From Candidatus Woesearchaeota archaeon (GTDB lineage Archaea; Nanobdellota; Nanobdellia; Pacearchaeales; GW2011-AR1), in assembly GCA_964406515.1 (NCBI GenBank), contig CAYORV010000001.1:33956-97955 (forward strand): a DNA stretch of 64,000 bases, given 5' to 3'. Within the stretch, counting starts at the first letter, position 1; the number at the start of each line of letters is the position of its first letter. Made by a program: the position numbers and the translations under genes. Below, piece after piece: positions 1 to 10,259 of this stretch. The notes beneath the pieces are model-generated. The model was given only the letters and a program-made list of their open reading frames with translations. It had not been told where the DNA came from and made no database searches.

Positions 1-266
1 TTATCGCAATTTATCCTATCGCCACCTTGGTCGCACAGATACCTATCACCATTAGTGGATTGGGTACAAGGGAAGCCACCTTGATTGGATTATTTGGATT
101 ATTTGGGATTGAGGCTGTCAAAATCTTTTCAATGTCCATCATAGGTTTATTTATAATGGCTATTATTCCTTCATTGATAATTATCCCTTTTATATTGAAA
201 GAGAGAAATAAAAATGAAATACACAAAATCAAAGAAAGCAGACGAAAAAGTAGAGAAGGATCTTGA
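1..266 (+). CDS. Partial CDS (5' end outside the window). C-terminal piece of a membrane protein with a flippase-like / lysyl-PG-synthase-TM type region.
   Basis: Open frame from the window edge. Hydrophobic segments and an 'ISGLGTREATLIGLFG' (GxGxRE) motif typical of the PF03706-like TM domain. Overlaps the next gene by ~50 nt. Confidence 0.4.
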   Translation, partial: IAIYPIATLVAQIPITISGLGTREATLIGLFGLFGIEAVKIFSMSIIGLFIMAIIPSLIIIPFILKERNKNEIHKIKESRRKSREGS

Positions 267-1416
267 AATAATTAAGAAGATACTTGTTGAAGAATTAAAA
301 CCTATTTCCATTGTACTTTTTGGGGGTTTTGGAAGAGGTGAAGGAAGTTATGAAACTGTTGGTGGAAATATTGTTCCATTAAACGATTATGATCTTTATG
401 TTGTTACAAAGAAAGAAATTTCTGATAAGGAATTAGAAAGGGTTGGGATGTTATGTTCTAAAGCAATTGAAAGGGGTGGGGGGGAATTTGTTGAAAATTT
501 TAGAGATGGAATTTATGATAAGAATAAATTCTTTCATGTGGATTTGAGATGGCTTAATTATTCTAAGCTTGGAAAAATGAGAAGAATCAATCGGACTTAT
601 GAATTAAAACATGGTAGTACGGTTATTTATGGAGAAAATATTAAAGAAAAAATAAATGATATTTCTGTTCCCTTGTCAGAAGCTTTTCGTTATTTGATAA
701 ATCCTGCTTGTCATCTTTTGTTGGTTATGGACGAGCGAAGATTAAAGGGTGAATGGAAAAAAGATGAGGAGTTTTACGCTCAACACCATATTGTCAAAAC
801 ATATTTGGCCATAGCTTCTTCTCTTATTATTTCTGAAAGAAGTTTTAAACCAAATTATACAGAGACTGTAAAAGAATTTTCCAGATTGTATGAGAAGGAA
901 TTTCCCGGATTAGTAAAAAAAGTTGAAGAAGCTTTAAAATTGAAAACAGAATCTCGAAAAGATTTGAAAAATATTGGGAAAAGATGGTTTGATGCTAGGG
1001 ATGATTTGATTTTTGCCTTAAAGTATATTTCAAAGAAACATTTAAACATTAAAGAAACTGAACTTAAGAAATTAATAAAAAAATTATATAAAAAACTTCC
1101 TTATGTTTATTTTGCTCCTTATCTTCCTCTTCCCAGATTTCTTGCAAAGCTTGCTTTTCCTTCGCAATATTTTTTAAATATAATTTATGCTAAAAGGTCT
1201 AAATTTTTTAGAGTTTTATTGAATTGGAAGGACGTTGGTTTAAGGATAGCACTATCTGCTTTTCTTTTACTTTATGCTAAAGATGACGAAAAATTGCTTG
1301 ATGAAAGTTATTCTTATATCAAAACTTTTGCTCCAATTAAGAGTAAAACTTGGGAAAATTTAAGAATGGCTTTATTGTACTCGTTTGATAGATATTATTC
1401 GCAAAAATTAATTTAA
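214..1416 (+). CDS. Pol-beta superfamily nucleotidyltransferase-domain protein
   Basis: ATG at 214. N-terminal 'LFGGFGRGEGS...NDYDLYVV' (G[GS]x9-13Dx[DE] minimal NTase motif). 400 aa, rest of the protein uncharacterised. Confidence 0.5.
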   Translation: MKYTKSKKADEKVEKDLEIIKKILVEELKPISIVLFGGFGRGEGSYETVGGNIVPLNDYDLYVVTKKEISDKELERVGMLCSKAIERGGGEFVENFRDGIYDKNKFFHVDLRWLNYSKLGKMRRINRTYELKHGSTVIYGENIKEKINDISVPLSEAFRYLINPACHLLLVMDERRLKGEWKKDEEFYAQHHIVKTYLAIASSLIISERSFKPNYTETVKEFSRLYEKEFPGLVKKVEEALKLKTESRKDLKNIGKRWFDARDDLIFALKYISKKHLNIKETELKKLIKKLYKKLPYVYFAPYLPLPRFLAKLAFPSQYFLNIIYAKRSKFFRVLLNWKDVGLRIALSAFLLLYAKDDEKLLDESYSYIKTFAPIKSKTWENLRMALLYSFDRYYSQKLI

Positions 1417-1417
1417 A

Positions 1418-2506
1418 ATGTTATGTATTTTTATAGACGCCTTAAATCCATCATACCTTAAGCATATGCCTTTTTTGAATTCCTTGAGGGAAAATTCGTT
1501 GCATGGATTTCTTGAAGTTCCTTTGGGATATACTGGAATTATTGCATCTTTTATGACTGGTGTGTGGCCGGATAAACACAAAATATTTGATTTGTTTGTT
1601 CCAGATAAAGAAATAAAGAAAAAAATAAAGAACAAGTATTTGCTCGCAGCGATGAGATTATTGCAAGATAAGAGACTTTTTTATACGCCTTCAAAACTAA
1701 AAGCAATGGATTATTTTAAACCTAGTTTGAATAAAAATTGGGCTCAGAAGGATTGTCTTTCTTATCCTACTATTTTTGATTTTTTAGAAAAAAGCGGAAA
1801 AAGTTTTGAAGTTATAGATTGGCCAAATCATTTCAAAAATAGAAAAGCAAACATCCTTTTTTCAAAATCTTATCCTTCTGCATTAAAATTAGTAAAAAAA
1901 TCAAAAGCAGATTTTACTTTTGTTCATTTTTTAGATTTAGAAGTAGCTCATAAATTTGGGGTGGAATCTAAGGAAGTGATAAGAACAGCTAGAGAAATCG
2001 ATAATGCAGTTAAACAACTTTATGAAAAAGATGAAGATATTCTTATATTCTCTGACCATGGTATGGAAGATATTAAAAAAGAAGTGAATATTTTATTAGA
2101 AATTAAAAAATTGGGATTGAAATTTGGTGATGATTTTATATATATCATTGGTTCCACAACAGTGGAATTTTGGTTTAAGAACAAATATTCTGAAGAAAAG
2201 ATAATAAATATGTTGGAGAAATTAAATTACGGGAAGATTATAGATAAAAAAGAATTTCATATTGATACTGATTCTAATATTATTTTTTTGGCTAACTTAG
2301 GAATAGGATTTTATCCCAATTTTTTTTCTAGTCAACATTTTAAAGCTATGCACGGTTGGAATCCAAAAATTCAGAGAACCTATTATGTTTTAAAAAATCC
2401 TTTTAAAAAAGGTAGAAAAAATGCTAGGATGGTTGACTTCTTTCCTACAATTCTAAAGATAATGAATATTCCTGGAGCAGAATGTGATGGAAAATCAATC
2501 ATATAA
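1418..2506 (+). CDS. Alkaline-phosphatase-superfamily metalloenzyme (type I phosphodiesterase/NPP-like)
   Basis: 'IFIDALNPSY', 'GIIASFMTGVWPDKHKIF' and 'FSDHGM' motifs, i.e. the AP-superfamily metal-ligand pattern. Starts 2 nt after the upstream stop. Confidence 0.5.
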   Translation: MLCIFIDALNPSYLKHMPFLNSLRENSLHGFLEVPLGYTGIIASFMTGVWPDKHKIFDLFVPDKEIKKKIKNKYLLAAMRLLQDKRLFYTPSKLKAMDYFKPSLNKNWAQKDCLSYPTIFDFLEKSGKSFEVIDWPNHFKNRKANILFSKSYPSALKLVKKSKADFTFVHFLDLEVAHKFGVESKEVIRTAREIDNAVKQLYEKDEDILIFSDHGMEDIKKEVNILLEIKKLGLKFGDDFIYIIGSTTVEFWFKNKYSEEKIINMLEKLNYGKIIDKKEFHIDTDSNIIFLANLGIGFYPNFFSSQHFKAMHGWNPKIQRTYYVLKNPFKKGRKNARMVDFFPTILKIMNIPGAECDGKSII

Positions 2507-2508
2507 AA

Positions 2509-3033
2509 ATGGAAAATAACAAACTAGATGATACCTATAGTAGTGCAAATCCTTTAACTAAAGCTTATTTTAAAACCAAAGTTTGGCTGGCTATCAAAAT
2601 GGCTAAACTTTCAAAAAAAGACATAATTCTAGATTTTGGATGTGGGGGAGGATGGTTAGAAAAAAAATTGCAAAACTACAAAATTTATGGATATGATTCA
2701 AATCCGGAAAAAACATTCATTAAAAATTATAAAATTATAAATCCCACAAAAATTTTTGTTTTGGATGTTTTTGAGCACATCCCTCAAAATGAAATAAAAA
2801 AAATAATAAATGAATTTAAAAAATTAAATTCCAAATTTGAAATTATTGTTTCTATTCCTACTGAAAATTTTATTTCGAGAAAAATACGAAAATTTGTTGG
2901 AAAAGATGAAATTCCAAAAGAACACATTACAAAATATAAAGAAATCTTAGAAATATTGAAAAGTAATTTTAAAATAAAAAGGAAGATTAACTTTTTTACT
3001 GTAAGTCATATATTTTTATTTGAACACTCATGA
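2509..3033 (+). CDS. Class I SAM-dependent methyltransferase
   Basis: 'ILDFGCGGGWL' glycine-rich SAM-binding motif I. Confidence 0.6.
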   Translation: MENNKLDDTYSSANPLTKAYFKTKVWLAIKMAKLSKKDIILDFGCGGGWLEKKLQNYKIYGYDSNPEKTFIKNYKIINPTKIFVLDVFEHIPQNEIKKIINEFKKLNSKFEIIVSIPTENFISRKIRKFVGKDEIPKEHITKYKEILEILKSNFKIKRKINFFTVSHIFLFEHS

Positions 3034-4602
3034 AAAGTTTGATTCAAAAATAATTACTACTGGTTGTTCTCCTTGATTATATACTTGAACTGATTTCCAA
3101 AGGCTATTGTTTTGCAGATAATCTGTTACCCATTCTTCATGAGATTGGAAAACAGACCAAACTAAATATCTTGGTTTCACATCTTCCACATATGCATAAA
3201 ATTCTTCTTCAGAACAAGCAGGTTTATGATCTTCTGGACCATTATAACAATTATTGAACGTCGTTACTTTTCTTTCAGAATAATAAGATATTTGCGGGAA
3301 GGAATTAGTTATAACTCTGTCTCCTGGTTGGGAATTTGCTTTTATCCACTCTCCAGCAGGTTTAAGTTCATAATAAGACATTTTCTTATTTTCTGTTAAT
3401 TGATTTGCCCATAAAAGATTGGGTATAAGGGCTAAAATGAAAATAATCAAGATCAAAATAGCCATAATTTTTTTGTTAATCTTAAGATGTTTTTTGATTA
3501 ATCCTCCTATCTTGAACAAAGATATAATTGCTATTAAAAATAAAAAAGGATGCTGAGCCAGAGTGTATCTTTGTTCTGCAATTCCATTAACTCCGCCAAG
3601 ATATCCTAAAAATAAAAATGGAACAACTATCCATAAAAAAATAAAGAATTTCTTTTGAATTTTTTTATTTTTAAATATTTTATCAAATCCCAAAAAAAGA
3701 TCTGCGAAAAAATAAGGTATTCCGATTAAAAACAAAATTAATATGGGTTTAGTCAAATTATATGATAAATCCTTGAAATAGATTAGAACATTGGAAAAAT
3801 CTCGTTTTGCAACAGTTAATGCTGTTTCAGATTTAACACCAAAGATATATGACATTATATCTACCACCGGATTTCCAAAATGTTGAGAATACATGATAAC
3901 GAGGGGCAATAAAATTAGAGCAAATATGCCAAGTGCTATCCACAATGGCTTATTTTTTAATAATTTTAATTTGTCTTTTATGAACATAAAAAGTAAAAAA
4001 ATTGGAGCAAAAATCCAATTCTGCATTCTTGTTAAAATTGCAAGAGCAAAGAAAATTGCAAAGAGATAAATAAATTTGTTTCCTTGTTTAAGTTCGTATC
4101 CTTTCCAAAAAAATAGTAGACTTAACAGAATAAAAAAAGTTGAGGGAATTGAAGTCATTGGCCTTCCAGTGAAAAAAAGAGATACCCAAGACAAAGATAA
4201 TCCAATGCAGGCATAGAGAGCATATTTTTTGTTAAACATGTTTTTTATTAAGAAATATGAAACTGCTACTATCCCTGTAGAAAATAATACTGTAACAAAT
4301 CGAATGGTTGCGTCTCCTAACCCAATTCTAAAGAAAAGTGAACCTAAAAACGGCCATAAAAACCCCCTACGATAATACCAAATATCGCTCATCTCTCCAA
4401 TCCCTGCCCAATATTTTGCAGTAGACATATATTCTGCAGCGTCAAACCACATTGCTTGATCTTTTGTTGCTATGAAAACTAAAATCCTTATTATAAAAGC
4501 AGCCAATAATACTATAAGAAAAGCTTTGTCATAATTATTTTTTACCCATCCAAAAATATTTTTTTTAATCCAATTTTTTCTTTTTTCTAAAAATTCTTCC
4601 AT
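3028..4602 (-). CDS. GT-C fold polytopic membrane glycosyltransferase (ArnT/PMT-like, GT39/GT83 type)
   Basis: More than 10 predicted TM helices. N-terminal 'RILVFIATKDQAMWFDAAEYM' loop with acidic residues, as in lipid-linked-sugar-dependent GT-C enzymes. Confidence 0.55.
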   Translation of the reverse strand: MEEFLEKRKNWIKKNIFGWVKNNYDKAFLIVLLAAFIIRILVFIATKDQAMWFDAAEYMSTAKYWAGIGEMSDIWYYRRGFLWPFLGSLFFRIGLGDATIRFVTVLFSTGIVAVSYFLIKNMFNKKYALYACIGLSLSWVSLFFTGRPMTSIPSTFFILLSLLFFWKGYELKQGNKFIYLFAIFFALAILTRMQNWIFAPIFLLFMFIKDKLKLLKNKPLWIALGIFALILLPLVIMYSQHFGNPVVDIMSYIFGVKSETALTVAKRDFSNVLIYFKDLSYNLTKPILILFLIGIPYFFADLFLGFDKIFKNKKIQKKFFIFLWIVVPFLFLGYLGGVNGIAEQRYTLAQHPFLFLIAIISLFKIGGLIKKHLKINKKIMAILILIIFILALIPNLLWANQLTENKKMSYYELKPAGEWIKANSQPGDRVITNSFPQISYYSERKVTTFNNCYNGPEDHKPACSEEEFYAYVEDVKPRYLVWSVFQSHEEWVTDYLQNNSLWKSVQVYNQGEQPVVIIFESNFS

Positions 4603-4642
4603 GATTAGTTTTGGGGAAAAGGGTTTTTATTTGTTATTGTGA

Positions 4643-5671
4643 TTATAAATCTATGAACGTCTCTTTATTTGTTCCTGGACAATCTTTACAAAGTGGGATT
4701 TCTTTTTTATTTTTTAGAATCATCTTCCTAAAATTTGTATATTTTTGATTATTCCAAATTTCTTTGATTGGACTTTTGAATGCATTTCCAAAAACAAAAA
4801 GATTGTTCATATCAAAACAACATGGGACTACTGTTCCATCCCAATTTATTACTATTTCTTCCCAAATAAAATCACACCAATTTTTTACCTTAACTTTTGA
4901 TTTCACTCCCTCTTCTTGGATTTCATATCTTGAGTATTTTTTGTTTGTTGGAATGTATTTTTTTATATCCTTTTTAGAAAAATAATCCATAATCCCCACT
5001 GTTTTGAAAACCAATTCATCTATGCCTATTTTTTTTGCAAGAAATTTTATTTTGTTAATCTCATGTTCATTGTGTTTCATAATTATAAATTGTAACTTGA
5101 TATAAGGAGATTTTTTATTCAGTCTCTTTTTTTCTTCTACTAAAAGTTTTATTGATTCTATAATCTTGTTAAAATCCCCTCCTTTTCTATATTTTTTGTA
5201 AGTTTCTTCAGAGGCCCCATCTAAGGAGATTATTAATTCGTCTAAACCAGATTTGATTAAGTTCTTTGCTATTTCATCATTTAAAAAATAACTATTGGTA
5301 CTTAGGTTGGTGAATATTTTCTTTTCTTTAGCATAGGCAATCATTTTGAAAATATCTTTATTCAATAAAGGCTCACCCCAATTCCACATTCTTAGATGGA
5401 TTACATAATCTGCCATTTCATCAATTATTTTCTTAAAATTTGGGAAGGTTAGGAAACCTTTTGCTCGTTTCACTAAACCAGCCCCCGTTGGACACAAAGG
5501 ACATTTAAGATTACAGATGTTTGTTGGTTCAATCATTATTGTCGTGGGATATCCTTTGATTTTAGAAAGTTTTAGATATTTTGAAACATTTATCATAATA
5601 AGATTCATTAATCTTTTCTTACTAAAAAGGACGTATTTTAAAAAATAATTTATTTTTCTTTTTAATTTCAT
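4643..5671 (-). CDS. Radical SAM enzyme with C-terminal SPASM/twitch Cys cluster
   Basis: 'EPTNICNLKCPLCP' CxxxCxxC motif. C-terminal 'CDFIWEEIVINWDGTVVPCCFD...CKDCPG' cysteine cluster. Confidence 0.75.
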   Translation of the reverse strand: MKLKRKINYFLKYVLFSKKRLMNLIMINVSKYLKLSKIKGYPTTIMIEPTNICNLKCPLCPTGAGLVKRAKGFLTFPNFKKIIDEMADYVIHLRMWNWGEPLLNKDIFKMIAYAKEKKIFTNLSTNSYFLNDEIAKNLIKSGLDELIISLDGASEETYKKYRKGGDFNKIIESIKLLVEEKKRLNKKSPYIKLQFIIMKHNEHEINKIKFLAKKIGIDELVFKTVGIMDYFSKKDIKKYIPTNKKYSRYEIQEEGVKSKVKVKNWCDFIWEEIVINWDGTVVPCCFDMNNLFVFGNAFKSPIKEIWNNQKYTNFRKMILKNKKEIPLCKDCPGTNKETFIDL

Positions 5672-6588
5672 TTTTTATAATCCAAGGTTTTTGTTGATTC
5701 TGAACGAGACCATTGTGCAACATATGTGGTTTTTTTAATTTTTATTTCATAAAATGTTTTTAACCAAACATATAATCTTGGAGGATATAATAAAAAAGTC
5801 CAATAAAACTCCTTTATAGTCTTAGGGAAAGAAAGTGCAAAAGAAAATCCGTAGAAAATTTCATTGATTAAGGACTTTTGTTTAATTTCTTTTGAGGTAA
5901 CATACTTGTTCATAGCTTCATGAGATTTTGCAGAACGAACTTTTTGTTTTACCCAATCAGAAAAATTTCGTGGGTACATCACATATACTTTTGCATTTGG
6001 TTGGTAGATATTTTTATAACCTTTTTGTATAATCAAATAAGGGATTATTGCATCTTCTGCAACATCATTTGGGATTTCTTTCAAAAGATTATTTTTCATT
6101 GCTAAAAGGTTCGCACATTGTTCTACAAATTTTCCCTTGTGAAATCGCATTTCCCTTAATTTATGGGCTGCGTTTGTTAGAAGGTGTGCCCAAAATCCAA
6201 AAATATTGTCTCGATTATTTTGTGGACAAGGTTTTCCACCAACACATCCAACAGAGGGGTCTTCAAATTCTTTCAAAATTATTTTAATAGCATCTTTTTC
6301 AACAAATTTATTTCCATCTGTCCAAATTAAAATTTCCCCTTTAGCTAATTTAAGAATTTTGTTCATTAATTTATTTTTGTCAGGGTCGTCTTGTTTAACA
6401 TAACGAATTATAGAAGGATATCTCTTTTTGTAATCCATTATTACTTTTTTTGTGGGTTCATCAGGACAAGCCACGATAAGTTCAAATTTTTCATTGAAAT
6501 CCTCTTGATTAAGAAGTCGTTTAATACACTCGTTTGTTGATTTTGGGTCGTTATATGCTGTAACAATTAGTGAAATCATTTCAGTCAT
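5668..6588 (-). CDS. Family 2 glycosyltransferase
   Basis: 'ISLIVTAYNDP' GT2 N-terminus, 'ILIWTDGNKF' DxD-like region. Paralog of 12545..13462. 4-nt overlap with the downstream radical SAM gene. Confidence 0.7.
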   Translation of the reverse strand: MTEMISLIVTAYNDPKSTNECIKRLLNQEDFNEKFELIVACPDEPTKKVIMDYKKRYPSIIRYVKQDDPDKNKLMNKILKLAKGEILIWTDGNKFVEKDAIKIILKEFEDPSVGCVGGKPCPQNNRDNIFGFWAHLLTNAAHKLREMRFHKGKFVEQCANLLAMKNNLLKEIPNDVAEDAIIPYLIIQKGYKNIYQPNAKVYVMYPRNFSDWVKQKVRSAKSHEAMNKYVTSKEIKQKSLINEIFYGFSFALSFPKTIKEFYWTFLLYPPRLYVWLKTFYEIKIKKTTYVAQWSRSESTKTLDYKK

Positions 6589-6640
6589 AATCAGACTGTT
6601 TTTAAAAGGTTTATGAAGGTTAAACAGATGATATAGAGTT

Positions 6641-6662
6641 TATCTACAAAATTCTTATAAAG
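6641..6662 (+). promoter_or_regulatory. Archaeal-type TATA-like element (cTTATAAAg) ~22 bp upstream of the ATG at 6684
   Basis: Weaker member of the recurrent upstream motif family. Confidence 0.35.
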
Positions 6663-6683
6663 TGAGGTCTATAAATAATAAGA

Positions 6684-7430
6684 ATGAGAGCAATTTTACT
6701 TTCTGCTGGAAGGGGGGAAAGATTAAAACCCTTAACAGATACTATGCCAAAAGTCATGATTCCAATAAATGGTAAGCCACTTCTTCAATATTGGATAGAA
6801 TTTTTGAAGAAATATGGAATTGAAGAGATAGCAATTAATGTATGGTACCTGGGCGAACAAATAATGAATTATTTTGGAGATGGTTCTAAATTTGGTGTAA
6901 AGATAAAATACTCAAAAGAAGAAGCTCTTCTTGGAACAGCTACGCCCATTAAAAGGATTGAAGAATTATATCCTGGGTTTTGTTCAGAAGATAAATTTTT
7001 GGTAATTTATGCAGATAATTTAACAGATATGGATTTGAAAAAAGTTTTTGAATTTCATGAATTACATAAACCTCTTGTTACATTAACTTTGCATAAACAT
7101 GATGAACCTTGGACAAGAGGGATTGTTAGCACAACAGAAGAAGGTAAAGTTACAGGTTTTATAGAAAAACCACAAAAAGAAGATATTTTATCTGGAAAAT
7201 ATCCTGGAGAATCTGCATCATGTGTTTATATTCTTGAGCCAGGCGTATTAAAATATTTGAAAGATGAGAAAGAAGACCTTGGGACAGATTTGTTCCCTCG
7301 ATTATTGGAAAATAATTGCGAATTATATGCTTTTAATCCTCATGCATGTGTAATGGATACTGGAACCTCAGAAAGATATAAAAGAGCAAAAAAAGAAGTT
7401 GCAGAAAATCCTGAGAGGTTTAATTTCTAA
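6684..7430 (+). CDS. Sugar-1-phosphate nucleotidyltransferase, HddC-like (D-glycero-alpha-D-manno-heptose-1-P guanylyltransferase candidate)
   Basis: 'MRAILLSAGRGERLKPLT...PKVMIPINGKPLL' G-x-G-x-R-L pyrophosphorylase motif. ~250 aa and adjacent to HddA/GmhA homologs. Confidence 0.65.
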   Translation: MRAILLSAGRGERLKPLTDTMPKVMIPINGKPLLQYWIEFLKKYGIEEIAINVWYLGEQIMNYFGDGSKFGVKIKYSKEEALLGTATPIKRIEELYPGFCSEDKFLVIYADNLTDMDLKKVFEFHELHKPLVTLTLHKHDEPWTRGIVSTTEEGKVTGFIEKPQKEDILSGKYPGESASCVYILEPGVLKYLKDEKEDLGTDLFPRLLENNCELYAFNPHACVMDTGTSERYKRAKKEVAENPERFNF

Positions 7431-7450
7431 CTATAAAATATATATTTTCT

Positions 7451-7470
7451 CTTCATAATCCTTAAAAAAG
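7451..7470 (+). promoter_or_regulatory. BRE/TATA-like promoter motif (cttcataatcCTTAAAAAAG) upstream of 7493
   Basis: Matches the recurrent motif. ~23 bp to the ATG. Confidence 0.45.
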
Positions 7471-7492
7471 AATTATATTTTATAAAAAAGAG

Positions 7493-9217
7493 ATGATAAT
7501 ATCAAGAACACCTTACAGAGTTGATTTGATTGGAGATGGCACAGATATCGGAAGTTTTTGTAATAAAGAAAGAGGGTGTATTGTTAATGCAACTATTCAA
7601 AAATATATTTATGTTATTGTTCATCCTTCAAAAGATAAAAAGATTAATGTTAGTTGCGGAGGAGAAACAGAAATAGTTGGTAATGTAGAAGAATTAAAAA
7701 ATGGCCGTGTGAAGGAAGCGATGAAAATGGTGGGGGTTTTTGGAGGAATTGAGATTCATTCTATTGCAGATGCGCAAACAGGGACAGGTCTTGGAGGTTC
7801 AAGTTCTTTTACTGTGGGAGTGTTAAATGCTCTCCATAAATACAAGGGAGAAGAAGTAACCCAAGAAGTATTAGCAAAAGAAGCATCTCAAGTAGAAATT
7901 GACATTTTAAAAGAACCAATAGGAAGGCAGGACCAATATGCTGCTGCTTATGGGGGATTTAATCAAATGGAATTTGTTAATGAAAAAGTAGTTGTTTCAA
8001 AATTAATAAATAATTTAGAATTAAAAAAAGAGGTAGAGGAAAAAATGATGATGTTTTCTCTTGGTGAAGATAGGTCGGCCACTTCAATTCTCTCAGAACA
8101 AAATAAAGAAATGCAAACAAATCAGAGAGTTTTTGATGCTATGAGGGATATGAGGAACCTTGCAGATTATTCTTCTTTTGAAATTAAAAGTGGGGAAATT
8201 GAAAATTTTGGGAAATTTTTGCAAAAAAATTGGAATCTTAAAAAAGAACTTATTCAGAATATAAATAATCCTTCTATTGAAGAATATTATAATCTTGCAA
8301 TAGAAAATGGGGCAGAAGGAGCAAAACTCTCTGGTGCAGGGGGAAGTGGTTTTCTTTTAGTTTATGCTCCCTTAGAAAAACAGGAGAGGATAAGATATGC
8401 TCTTCATGATTTAGAAGAACACAAATTTGAACTTGAAGAAAAAGGAAGTTCAATTATTTATTCTAAAGAAGATGATGGAGAACAATTAACTTTAAATAAA
8501 AATTCCGAGAAAGAAATTAATAATATGGTAAAAGGTATAGCATTTGATTTGGAAGGGACTGTAGTTAATTTAGACCCCCTTCATATTTCTGCGCACTTAG
8601 AAGTTTTTAGAAGGGTTGGATTAAATTTATCTAGTGAAGAGGCTATGGAAAAAATTGAACATTTTATTGGAGGCCCAGATAGTGCAATAATGGAAGATGT
8701 TTACAATTTAGGTTATACTAATATGTCAATTGAAGAAATGGTAAAGTTAGATAAACAATTGTATGAAGAACAACTTAATGTGGCTGAAATTTCTCCTCGT
8801 CCAGGATTTTTAGAATTTCTTGAAAAAATAAAAGAATTGGAAATCCCCTATTCTATAGGTTCATTAACTGCAACTGAACAAGCAGATTTCATCTTAGAAA
8901 AATCTGGGCTCTATAATCATTTTAAGAAAGATAAAATTGTTTTAAAAGAAAATGTGAAAAATCTTAAACCCTCTCCGGATGTTTATTTAGAGACCGCGAG
9001 AAAGATGGGAATTCCCCCAGAAAATCAATTAGTATTTGAAGATTCCCACAATGGAGTAAAAGCTGCATTGGCTGCAGGATCAAAAGTAATTGGGATGCCA
9101 GTTTATCAAACTAAATTTATAATCAATAGATTAAATAAAACCGGAGCACATAAAGTTCTTTTAGGATGGGAAGGGGTGAATATTATTCAACTCTCTGAGG
9201 AAATTTTTAAGCATTAA
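7493..9217 (+). CDS. Bifunctional GHMP sugar kinase (HddA-like heptose-7-P kinase) fused to a HAD-superfamily phosphatase (GmhB-like role)
   Basis: N-term 'MIISRTPYRVDLIGDGTD' and 'GTGLGGSSSFTVG' (GHMP motifs). C-term 'IAFDLEGTVVN' (HAD DxD/E motif I) and 'VFEDSHNG' (HAD motif III/IV). Confidence 0.7.
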   Translation: MIISRTPYRVDLIGDGTDIGSFCNKERGCIVNATIQKYIYVIVHPSKDKKINVSCGGETEIVGNVEELKNGRVKEAMKMVGVFGGIEIHSIADAQTGTGLGGSSSFTVGVLNALHKYKGEEVTQEVLAKEASQVEIDILKEPIGRQDQYAAAYGGFNQMEFVNEKVVVSKLINNLELKKEVEEKMMMFSLGEDRSATSILSEQNKEMQTNQRVFDAMRDMRNLADYSSFEIKSGEIENFGKFLQKNWNLKKELIQNINNPSIEEYYNLAIENGAEGAKLSGAGGSGFLLVYAPLEKQERIRYALHDLEEHKFELEEKGSSIIYSKEDDGEQLTLNKNSEKEINNMVKGIAFDLEGTVVNLDPLHISAHLEVFRRVGLNLSSEEAMEKIEHFIGGPDSAIMEDVYNLGYTNMSIEEMVKLDKQLYEEQLNVAEISPRPGFLEFLEKIKELEIPYSIGSLTATEQADFILEKSGLYNHFKKDKIVLKENVKNLKPSPDVYLETARKMGIPPENQLVFEDSHNGVKAALAAGSKVIGMPVYQTKFIINRLNKTGAHKVLLGWEGVNIIQLSEEIFKH

Positions 9218-9240
9218 TAGTAAAAGTAATGTATATAGTA

Positions 9241-9261
9241 TTCCTCAACAATCTTTAAAAG
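9241..9261 (+). promoter_or_regulatory. BRE/TATA-like promoter motif (ttcctcaacaatcTTTAAAAG)
   Basis: ~27-34 bp upstream of the ATG at 9288. Near-identical copies at 11977 and 42262. Confidence 0.55.
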
Positions 9262-9287
9262 AAAAGAGTATCTAAATAATAAAAAGG

Positions 9288-10259
9288 ATGATAATTTCAA
9301 AAACACCATTGAGGATAAATTTTTCTGGAGGAGCGACAGACTTAAAAGATTATAGGCAGGTTCATGGAGGGGCAGTTCTTAATGTTTCTATTAATCAGTA
9401 TGCATATATTATTGCAAAAGAAAGAGTTGATAATGACCTCTGGTTAAAATATTCAAAAAATGAAATTGTGAAAAATGTAGACCAGGTACAAAATGAAGTA
9501 TGGAAAGAATGCTTGATGGCTACAGGAGTCACTAAAGGGGCAGAGATCGTTGCAATGGCAGATATTCCTAAAGGATTTGGACTTGGAGGATCAAGTGCCT
9601 TTACAGTTGGTTCATTAAATGCCCTTCATGCTTTAACTGGAAAACATAAATCTGGAAAAGAGCTTGCTGAAGAAGCTGTAGAAATTGGGAAAAAGATATC
9701 AAAGGCATATGGGTCTCAAGATTATTATGCTTCATCTCATGGAGGCCTTAATCTTATTGAATTTGGAAAAGAAGAGGGGGTTTTTGTTAATCCAATAATC
9801 ATTCCTCCTTCATTGAAGAAAAGTCTTTCTCAGAATTTGTTATTATTTGACATGAGAACGCAAAAGGCAATAGATCCCTTATCAAATTTAAATACAGGAA
9901 TGCAAACAAATGAAGGAACACTTCATAAAATTAAAGAGATTGTTTATGCTACTAGAGATTCATTGCATTCTTTAGATTTAAGGAGGTTTGGAGAATTATT
10001 ACATGAAAATTGGGAGTATAAAAAGACAGTTCTAAAGAATATCTCTAATTCAGAAATTGATAGATATTATAATCTAGCGAGAGAGGCTGGGGCGATAGGT
10101 GGAAAAATGTGTTGCAGTCCAGAATCTGGAGGATTCTTATTAGTTTATGGGGAACCAGAAAAACAAGACCAAATTAGAGCAGCATTAAATCTTAAGGAAG
10201 TTCCATTTGAATTTGAATCTGGACAATCAGGAAGTAAAATTATTTATGTTGGAGAGTAA
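9288..10259 (+). CDS. GHMP kinase, second HddA-like paralog (no phosphatase domain)
   Basis: 'MIISKTPLRINFSGGATD', 'GFGLGGSSAFTVGS' and 'GGKMCCSPESGGFLLVYG' motifs. Paralogous to the N-terminal half of 7493..9217. Confidence 0.7.
   Translation: MIISKTPLRINFSGGATDLKDYRQVHGGAVLNVSINQYAYIIAKERVDNDLWLKYSKNEIVKNVDQVQNEVWKECLMATGVTKGAEIVAMADIPKGFGLGGSSAFTVGSLNALHALTGKHKSGKELAEEAVEIGKKISKAYGSQDYYASSHGGLNLIEFGKEEGVFVNPIIIPPSLKKSLSQNLLLFDMRTQKAIDPLSNLNTGMQTNEGTLHKIKEIVYATRDSLHSLDLRRFGELLHENWEYKKTVLKNISNSEIDRYYNLAREAGAIGGKMCCSPESGGFLLVYGEPEKQDQIRAALNLKEVPFEFESGQSGSKIIYVGE

Noticed and set aside
855-1049. Short antisense ORFs in the six-frame track (for example 855..1049-, 1408..1635-, 4764..4985+, 5920..6403+, 12867..13226+, 14544..14835+, 26090..26605-, 30847..31269-, 32890..33290-, 42649..43280-, 52256..52953-, 58051..58398-)
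   Set aside because: All lie entirely inside longer ORFs on the other strand that carry clear enzyme-family motifs. Their low-complexity composition is typical of AT-rich antisense frames.
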